A stretch of DNA of 64,000 nt, from the NCBI GenBank assembly GCA_964600165.1, contig CAZRIP010000003.1:4683-68682 (forward strand), given 5' to 3'. This stretch comes from an uncultured Elusimicrobia bacterium (GTDB lineage: Bacteria > Elusimicrobiota > Elusimicrobia > UBA1565 > UBA9628). Every line of letters starts with the position of its first letter. The stretch's first letter is position 1. Made by a program: the position numbers and the translations under genes. Positions 40,101 to 45,436 of the stretch are shown piece after piece. Below the pieces are notes generated by a model that saw nothing but the letters and a program-made list of their open reading frames with translations, made no database searches and was not told the DNA's origin.

Positions 40101-42410
40101 CCCCAGGCGCGCTCGCTCATACGCGCCACGCCGGCGGCCGACATGTCTCACGCGCCCGAGGGCTTCACCTCCGTCGAGATCGACCGGGTTTCCCCGAACG
40201 CCGAGGACGCGGAGCTCGGCAACGCGAAGAATTCGATCCGGCGCGCCGCGCCTGAAGGCGACGCCCGCCGGCAGGCCGCGCTCGCCCGATTCGTGGACGA
40301 GACGGCGCGTAAAGCCAAGGAGTCCTCGCGCCCGGGCGACAAGATCTTCGTCGAATGGAAGGCGACGCCCGACGAGCTGCAGGTCTCGGTGCGCGTGCAA
40401 GGCGCCGCGGTCAACGCTCTCGAGTGGACCGGCTGGGCCGCGGGCTCCGTCTTCGCCGCCGAGCTCGCCGAGATGAACGGGATGGTGCACGTGGAGGGCG
40501 GCGCGGGCGGCGGACGCTTCACGCTTTCGCTGCCGGCTCCGCGCGCGGTCTCCGGGACCCGCCCGGGCTCCGGCGCGCCCGCGATGCGCGCGACGACCCA
40601 ATTCAAGGAGCAGCTCGTCACGCTGATGCGCGAGCTGATCCGCCAAAGAGAGCAGCGCGGCCTGGCGCTGCGCTACACGGCGGCGGAGATCGTCGCCGAA
40701 GCGTCGTCGCGCTCCGACATGGACTGGACGGCCGATTGGCTGCGCTTCGCCAGCGACCCCGAGGTCACCTCGGTCAATGAGGACAACGGCCCTCAAGTCG
40801 CCGCCGCCGGCATGGTCATCTCCAAGCACGGCAGCCGCTCGCAGGACGAGCGGCGCCTGATCGCCGCGATGAAGAAATTCCAATCGAGCGACAGCTGGGA
40901 CCATGCCCGTCCCGCGCGCACGCGCCTGATCCGTTCGCTCGCCAAGCTGCTGACGCCCGGAAACGACCGCCAGCTCGAGGAGCTCATCGCGCGCTACGAC
41001 CGCCAGAAGCAGCCGAACCTCCCGGCCTCCGAGAAGCTCCACGCCGACGTCGTGCTGGCGATCCAGACCGCGCTGCTGCGCAACGCCGGGCGCGACCAGT
41101 TCGACAAGCTCGTCACGCGCGACTGGAACAAGCGCCTTTTCGCCGAGACCTACGACTACGTCAAGCGCGTCAACCCCGATTATCTGCGCCGCGTCTACGA
41201 CGACTGGAAGGCCGGCAACACGCTCGACGGAGCGCGCCGCATGATGGCTCTCTGGGCCATCGCCGATTACGGCGACCGCGGCGACATGGCGACGCTCATG
41301 GCCTCCGTGCGCGAGGACCGCTGGATGGGCTCGTCGGTCAACCTCGAGGAGAAGAACTTCTTCGGCGAGGCGCTCGGCCGCATGGCGCAGCGCCTCGGCT
41401 ACGACGACGCCCTCAAGCACGACGCGCGGCTTTGGATGCGCGAGGGCATGGGCACCGGGGGCAGCTACCTGCGCATGGTGACGGCGGTCCAGATCGCCGG
41501 CGCGGTCGGCGACGCCGAGGACATGCCGTACTTGGAGCGGATCTTCCGCGTGAACCCGTCCGGCGGCGTCTCCTTCGAGCACGAGATGACGCAGATGGAA
41601 TCGACGGTCGCCTGGGGCAAGATCGCGCAGCGCGAGGGCTTGGTTCCCGAGTATTGGGGCACGCGCCAGGACCCGAGCGACCCCAATTCATTGCCGCTGC
41701 TGCAGGCCTGGCTCTCGGACACGAACTCCGGCGTCAACATGGCCGCCGCCCAAGCTCTCCTCGAGTTCGTCAAGCACGGCTCGCCCGCCCGCCCCGCCGC
41801 GGCCGCGGCGCGCCCGGCGCCACCCGTGGCCGACCACCCGTTCTTGCGCACCGGCGCGCCGTCGATGCCCGGCGGCGACTTGCGCACGTTCACCGAGACG
41901 CCGTCCGACGCGACCCTGCCCTACGCACGGTTGAGCGACGGCAATAAGGAGTTCGCCCGTCTTTGGCTCGACGCATTCGGCAGCATCGCGAGCGCCATTT
42001 TCGGCTTGGACTTCTCACGCCAGCTGCGCATGTCGCAGAACGCCTCGGCCGGCGCCGCCACGTTCGTGCTGTCTCAAGCCGGTGGGAGCGCGATCGAGGC
42101 CGCCCGCTTCGCCGAGTTCCGCCAGCTCGTGCTGCTTTTGCTCAACATCGCGCGCGACCCGCAGGACGTCCGCGCGCGCAAATGGACGGAACTCTCCGCG
42201 CGCTTCGTCGAGGTCCACACGGCTTACACGGTGCTCAACGGGCTGGTGAACCAAGCCGGCGTCTCGATGGGCGTCAATCATGACGCCTCGCTCCCGGGCG
42301 AGCCCGCGCGCGCCGAGATCTGGCTCAAGTTCGACGTCAGCGGCCGCCCGACGCCGCCCCGGCCGTCTAACCCGAGCTTGCGCGACGACGGCGACGACCT
42401 CCCGTTTTGA
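34125..42410 (+). CDS. Giant 2,761-aa multidomain membrane protein: signal peptide, M50/site-2-protease-like domain, ClpB-like double AAA+ module, three GHKL-like repeats, C-terminal alpha-helical repeats
   Basis: One uninterrupted ORF. GGGAGA SD lies 9 nt upstream of the ATG. M50 motifs: HEYAH (35004-35018) and NMLPFSPQMDG (35373-35405). NBD1: Walker A GKPGTGKT (36458-36481), Walker B ILFLDEAH, then ATTLDEYKKYVEPDEALKRRF. NBD2: GPTGSGKT (37530-37553), VVLFDEIEKAHPQVW, MTSNLG, sensor-2 GARPLQNAIDR. Three repeats ending GGGVEYWIEIP, GGNGASVWIQLP and GGAGGGRFTLSLP. Confidence 0.85.
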   Translation: MTKPRISTKIISASLSTALAFLSFALPAAPALGAELTAAPTMGLPAGGWTPVVAGLATPANLSRFSGVTMQGVDVADLLTQIGRVNLAAPGQFIPAQALEKLAGLPKNASEREVVTALALAAAQTRADATDALAQLRSGVKASELPALAARLNRADLAFTLLTSEQRAAIPAASAAVSREVAQTRGANADRLVKIGVTGWNKTTDATEVSGSESTTLSRLSPASAQGEKRTANAIEYSRTVVTTTKTTTKLGWKQALRYGALIAALPVAVFALPQMSPVALIVAVGVMGSVVAHEYAHLFMLRRLGDDTSTKQNVSANPFKLVDPVGTVAVPVITSALSAALGVPALFGWAKPVPVDFNKLADPQKDAMKVALAGPVMNAALGAVAFGALALFHPAGAAAASLLALGKINLVLAVFNMLPFSPQMDGFKVAIGMLSREQYAKWTENKRLPEAYRSTFNKLFEGPSAILNWVGMDSQGHVNFATRAITFAAFGVVAIAAHAFIGAPFIIMALVCSYDYYCIREKIQNEEAVKKLIPIMQGIGSAIARVAEEDESIQSQINTEEIEHAMKNVFEDVLDKVVDSTGFSSLSDDEKWSRFEEAYLDAAVDSLSRKGMSKDSKEKIRETLRHQYVREYIDKLRGWVEENDVWRKWHSPNRKKKSGISEAVKKKAGSLGSSGMAVVALALVGGSILAPHGVGAALSLAGAGLMMGTISAKKPKPFKEALEDLRLSDKELAAMIMLLKDMTLDNKPPLSGRIDELSRAYSGVTGPRGIKESVALVGKPGTGKTAIVEKLAQSAVMGQSHEGTLSLKKMEGRYVIEVNSTRLMRQEDPAGTLEAVIDILNKLNEEDPRAGNKVILFLDEAHVLFDGEKGKHVANTLKKPVRDGAVSIILATTLDEYKKYVEPDEALKRRFPAIFVDESTTEETLRALENASAWYEKRFGVKVDPSALKAAAELAPKFNHEEYLPGSAFTYFENAVKWADFDLRRDLVALSIADKISDLQYAMKKLKENLQKTDRVTENLKKDEPTTVGYYNLAIKLSQELVELYKEQAAIPAEGKPVVDGELVGMAISRETGIKSGQLTLGSEPIEKYLKMEEEVGKKVIGQPDAIAAIARSVRQNKAGLSDPKRPLGVYYLTGPTGSGKTHLAKELARFLFDDPEAVVRVDMSEYMESHSVSKFIGSPPGYVGFESGGQLTEAVRKKPYSVVLFDEIEKAHPQVWLMMLQILGEGRLTDGQGKTTSFKNTIILMTSNLGMHAVDVEPYVKAFEELRAKERAAAGDRIALRELEQEKLELAERLSAETKAATSVITAQAFKETYPPEFEGRLSAPPIVFNRITPAMALQIAELNLKELRGVLGYAGHEFAWTPGVVKKVVDEGFSVRLGARPLQNAIDRLITQNIATEILHTAMRNGGKVEPSRIEAVLGEDGEVKLNIKSLPPKQVKKGEAQGAAKELFTTVLEQTLTAAADTAVPAPTLQIIDEWVKAALAANPEQTSVADAAQPETAQPAAPADEEQVARPAPVQAPVRPGLLTLDAASPLSAQARSVAAANNDPELKDPGVRQAAAAIKEAMAGYPEAAREAVLRTIEDQNDPYVGWLKIFVEQAKRNGGGNPTIKYEVNDETARVAVARTGALSSREKDLLTRHFTGLAPLDASQARTRVETWNVQDSGSGMRLMLDLHRILAKIPGAKLGVEVAGGGVEYWIEIPKPQTPAAPAAEPTPPTSAEAAPPATQPAAPRPLVAAAEGAPQFNEAGNATPLAVAKRGLSDDSIKTHATRIRNAMAEKSYGGEAKGAAVLFLARAADFMKSNAATGEGVTLMWSVDENGAQVLIHRAGHPLNDAEIARLNILIDSSTELKAKLEAAGGRVFYGSEEFSQGGNGASVWIQLPHQAPAGQADGSAATPLSSTQEGTDVAALLAKIHTPSEAGSDPRIMWVAFSGSEEDALGQLEARGFEVPLVRHEDGFKRARLIAPTAQAAARAALMLAVNPDVREIDLHPQARSLIRATPAADMSHAPEGFTSVEIDRVSPNAEDAELGNAKNSIRRAAPEGDARRQAALARFVDETARKAKESSRPGDKIFVEWKATPDELQVSVRVQGAAVNALEWTGWAAGSVFAAELAEMNGMVHVEGGAGGGRFTLSLPAPRAVSGTRPGSGAPAMRATTQFKEQLVTLMRELIRQREQRGLALRYTAAEIVAEASSRSDMDWTADWLRFASDPEVTSVNEDNGPQVAAAGMVISKHGSRSQDERRLIAAMKKFQSSDSWDHARPARTRLIRSLAKLLTPGNDRQLEELIARYDRQKQPNLPASEKLHADVVLAIQTALLRNAGRDQFDKLVTRDWNKRLFAETYDYVKRVNPDYLRRVYDDWKAGNTLDGARRMMALWAIADYGDRGDMATLMASVREDRWMGSSVNLEEKNFFGEALGRMAQRLGYDDALKHDARLWMREGMGTGGSYLRMVTAVQIAGAVGDAEDMPYLERIFRVNPSGGVSFEHEMTQMESTVAWGKIAQREGLVPEYWGTRQDPSDPNSLPLLQAWLSDTNSGVNMAAAQALLEFVKHGSPARPAAAAARPAPPVADHPFLRTGAPSMPGGDLRTFTETPSDATLPYARLSDGNKEFARLWLDAFGSIASAIFGLDFSRQLRMSQNASAGAATFVLSQAGGSAIEAARFAEFRQLVLLLLNIARDPQDVRARKWTELSARFVEVHTAYTVLNGLVNQAGVSMGVNHDASLPGEPARAEIWLKFDVSGRPTPPRPSNPSLRDDGDDLPF

Positions 42411-43183
42411 CGCCGCTCGCCGAATTCGGACCCTATAAGCTCGCTGGCCTTGCCGCCCTGATCTTCTTTGGCGGCGTCGTCGACGCCCTGGCGGGCGGCG
42501 GCGGCCTAGTGACGATCCCCGCCTACCTCGCCTTCGGCCTCGATCCTCGGTTCCTGCTCGGGACCAACAAACTCAGTTCCTGCATCGGCACGGCGGCCGC
42601 CTCGCTCAACTATCAAAGGAACCAGCGCCTCGACTTGGCGGCGATGGCGCCCGGCTTCGCGGCGGCGCTGCTCGGGGCGGTCCTGGGAGCGACGGCGGCG
42701 AAGTCCCTCGGCGCGAGCGGCATCCGGATCCTCGTGCTCGTCGCGCTGCCGCTCGTCGGCTGGTTCATCTACTCGAAGCACGGGTTCGGGCGGGAGGACC
42801 GCAGCGCCTCGCTCGGCGGCGCGCTCAAGAGGCGCGAAACGGCCCTCGCGCTGCCGATCGGGGTTTACGACGGCTTTTTCGGTCCCGGGACAGGGCTTTT
42901 CTTCGCGCTAGCCCAGGTGCGCTGGTGCCGCCGCGACTTGCTCGGCGCGACCGTGCGCGCGAAGTTCTTGAATCTCACGACCAATCTCGCCGCCCTCGCC
43001 ACTTTTCTGCTCGCCGGTCGCGTCGACATCCCGCTCGGACTGCTGATGGCCGCGGCGAGCGTCGCGGGAAACTGGACAGGTTCGCATCTGGGCCTCAAGA
43101 ACGGCCCAAAGGCGATCCGCCCCGCCGTCCTTCTCGTCTGTTTCGGCCTTTTCGCGAAACTTTTGCTCGACTATCTGAAGTAA
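42407..43183 (+). CDS. Sulfite exporter TauE/SafE-family membrane protein (DUF81)
   Basis: GGVVDALAGGGGLVTIPAYL is the TauE signature. The TTG start overlaps the giant gene's stop (TTGA). Confidence 0.75.
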   Translation: MTPLAEFGPYKLAGLAALIFFGGVVDALAGGGGLVTIPAYLAFGLDPRFLLGTNKLSSCIGTAAASLNYQRNQRLDLAAMAPGFAAALLGAVLGATAAKSLGASGIRILVLVALPLVGWFIYSKHGFGREDRSASLGGALKRRETALALPIGVYDGFFGPGTGLFFALAQVRWCRRDLLGATVRAKFLNLTTNLAALATFLLAGRVDIPLGLLMAAASVAGNWTGSHLGLKNGPKAIRPAVLLVCFGLFAKLLLDYLK

Positions 43184-43267
43184 GACGATTCTTGACGCCC
43201 CCGACGGCAACTTGATATCATTGATCCTTCGCCGTTCATCCCGTCTTTCTCTATTTAAGGAGCCGGT

Positions 43268-43810
43268 ATAAACAAGTTCGGTAACAGCTACAACAACAGC
43301 AATCGCGACACAACTCGAGTCAACAACAGGATCAGCGCCAGCCAAGTCAGGCTCATCGACGCGGACGGCACTCAAGTCGGCGTAAAGCCTCTCTCGGAAG
43401 CTCTGGCGATGGCGCGCCAGCGCGGCCTCGACCTCATCGAGATCGCTCCGACGGCCAACCCGCCGGTCTGCAAGATCCTCGATTACTCGAAATACAAGTA
43501 CGAGCAGGAGCGCAAAGCCCGCGATCAGCGCAAGAAGCAGAAGGCGGGGCTCTTGAAGGAAGTCCGGTTCAAGCCGCACATCGGACAGCACGATTTAGAC
43601 GTCAAAATTAAGCACATCAGCGAATTCATCGCCGAGCACGACAAGGTGCGCATCACCGTCGTGTTTCGAGGCCGCGAGATGCAGCATCGCGACCTCGGCA
43701 TGAAGCTGCTGGACCAGATAAAGGAGCGGTTGATAGAGACGGCAGTGGTGGAGCAGGCTCCGGCGCCGGATCGGAACAGGCTCATCATGACGTTGATCCC
43801 GAAACACTAA
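43268..43810 (+). CDS. infC: Translation initiation factor IF-3, with a non-canonical ATA (AUA) start
   Basis: IF3 homology (RISASQVRLIDADGTQVGVKPLSEALAMARQRGLDLIEIAPTANPPVCKILDYSKYKYEQ) extends 47 codons upstream of the track ATG at 43409. The frame opens after a TAA at 43256. The only start-like codon is ATA at 43268, with AAGGAG 5 nt upstream. infC classically uses AUU or AUA. Confidence 0.75.
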   Translation: MNKFGNSYNNSNRDTTRVNNRISASQVRLIDADGTQVGVKPLSEALAMARQRGLDLIEIAPTANPPVCKILDYSKYKYEQERKARDQRKKQKAGLLKEVRFKPHIGQHDLDVKIKHISEFIAEHDKVRITVVFRGREMQHRDLGMKLLDQIKERLIETAVVEQAPAPDRNRLIMTLIPKH

Positions 43811-43811
43811 G

Positions 43812-44009
43812 ATGCCAAAGATGAAGTCGCACAGCGGCGCCAAAAAGCGCTTTTTCAAGACGGCCAAGGGCAAATGGCGCCATCAGCGCGCGGGCAAGCG
43901 GCACCTGCTCGCCCCCCTCTCGTCGAACCGCTCGATGTTCTTGAGCGGCAAGAACGAGCTCAACAAGACCGAGGGCAAGACGATGTCCAAGTACTTGCCT
44001 TACGCGTAA
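43812..44009 (+). CDS. rpmI: 50S ribosomal protein L35
   Basis: MPKMKSHSGAKKRF is the L35 signature. The ATG lies 2 nt after the infC stop. Confidence 0.9.
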   Translation: MPKMKSHSGAKKRFFKTAKGKWRHQRAGKRHLLAPLSSNRSMFLSGKNELNKTEGKTMSKYLPYA

Positions 44010-44019
44010 GGATTAACCC

Positions 44020-44367
44020 ATGAGGATCAAGTCCGGCGTCTCCACGCGTCGTCACAAGAAGAAGTTCTTCAAGCTCGCCAAGGGCAACTATTCCGCCAAG
44101 AGCACGCGCTGGCGGATGGTCAAGCAGCAGGTCGAGCAGTCGCTCAACCGCGCCTACACTGGCCGCAAGGACAAGAAAGGCGATTTCCGCTCGCTTTGGA
44201 TCGAGCGCATCAACGCCGCTTGCCGCGAGCAAGGCACGAGCTACAGCCGGTTCATGAACGGCCTCAAGAAGGCGGGCGTCACGCTCAATCGCAAGATGCT
44301 CTCCGAGATGGCCATCCGCGACGCGAGCTCGTTCAAGGAGCTCGTCGGCCTCGCCAAAGGCGCGTAA
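44020..44367 (+). CDS. rplT: 50S ribosomal protein L20
   Basis: MRIKSGVSTRRHKKKFFKLAKGNY...LWIERINAACREQG are canonical L20 motifs. Confidence 0.95.
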   Translation: MRIKSGVSTRRHKKKFFKLAKGNYSAKSTRWRMVKQQVEQSLNRAYTGRKDKKGDFRSLWIERINAACREQGTSYSRFMNGLKKAGVTLNRKMLSEMAIRDASSFKELVGLAKGA

Positions 44368-44374
44368 GCGAGCC

Positions 44375-45436
44375 ATGGCGGTCTCCCGCCAAGAGCTCGA
44401 AGCGGCCCTCCAAGAGCTGACGAAAGCTCTGGAGGGCTTCGCGTCTCAGGCCGGCGTCACCCCAGACCAGCTCGAGGCCTTCCGCGTCCAATACGTCGGG
44501 CGCAGCGGCAAGGTCACCGAACGGCTCAAGTCGCTCAAGGACTTGTCGATGGACGACAAGCGCGAGCTCGGCCCGAAGCTCCAGCAGCTCAAGGGCCTTT
44601 TCGACTCGGCGATCGGCGCCAAGCAGCGCGCGCTCGAGGCCGAGCAAGACGCGAAGACCTTGTCCGATTCCGGCATCGACCTCACGCTGCCGGGCTTTCC
44701 GTCCCCGCGCGGCCGCGTGCACCCTCTCACGCAAGTGCTCGACGAAATGGGCCGCATCCTCGGCCTCATGGGCTTCTCCTGGGCCGAGGGCCCGTTCGCC
44801 GAGACCGATTACCACAACTTCACCGCTTTGAACATCCCGGAGCATCACCCCGCGCGCGACATGCACGACACCTTCTATTTGAAGGAATTCCCGCTCGTGC
44901 TGCGCACGCACACCTCTCCGGTGCAGATCCGGACGATGGAGGCGCGCAAGCCGCCGCTGCGCATCATTTGCCCGGGCCGGGTGTTCCGCCACGAGGCCGT
45001 GGACGCCACGCACTCGGCCGTATTCCATCAAGTCGAGGGCCTCGCCGTCGACGAGAGCATCGGCTTCGCCGACTTGAAAGGCACTCTTTCCGACTTCATG
45101 AAGCGCCTCCTCGGGTCGGACACCAAGATCCGCTTCCGGCCGTCGTACTTCCCGTTCACCGAGCCCTCGACTGAAGTCGACGTGACGTGCTTTTTCTGCA
45201 AGCAGAAGGGCTGCCCGGCCTGCAAGCACACGGGCTGGATCGAGCTTCTGGGCGCCGGCGTCGTCAACCCGAACGTCTTGCGCGCCGTCGGCTACGATCC
45301 CGAGAAGTGGTCCGGCTTCGCGTTCGGCATCGGCGTGGAAAGGATCGCCATGCTGCGCCTGGGCGTGCGCGACATCCGCCTGTTTTACGAGAACGACCTC
45401 CGCTTCCTCGAGCAATTCGATGAAAATCTCGTTTAA
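44375..45436 (+). CDS. pheS: Phenylalanine--tRNA ligase alpha subunit
   Basis: Class II motifs PGRVFRHE...FHQVEGL...GFAFGIGVERIAML. Confidence 0.95.
   Translation: MAVSRQELEAALQELTKALEGFASQAGVTPDQLEAFRVQYVGRSGKVTERLKSLKDLSMDDKRELGPKLQQLKGLFDSAIGAKQRALEAEQDAKTLSDSGIDLTLPGFPSPRGRVHPLTQVLDEMGRILGLMGFSWAEGPFAETDYHNFTALNIPEHHPARDMHDTFYLKEFPLVLRTHTSPVQIRTMEARKPPLRIICPGRVFRHEAVDATHSAVFHQVEGLAVDESIGFADLKGTLSDFMKRLLGSDTKIRFRPSYFPFTEPSTEVDVTCFFCKQKGCPACKHTGWIELLGAGVVNPNVLRAVGYDPEKWSGFAFGIGVERIAMLRLGVRDIRLFYENDLRFLEQFDENLV

Noticed and set aside
35148-41582. Very long minus-strand ORFs (35148-37886, 912 aa; 38094-41582, 1162 aa) and 34088-34873 antisense to the giant gene
   Set aside because: Their translations are Arg/Asp/Gly/Leu-rich with no motifs, which is the typical mirror-frame artefact of a high-GC coding strand. 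The plus-strand frame carries unambiguous M50 and ClpB motifs.
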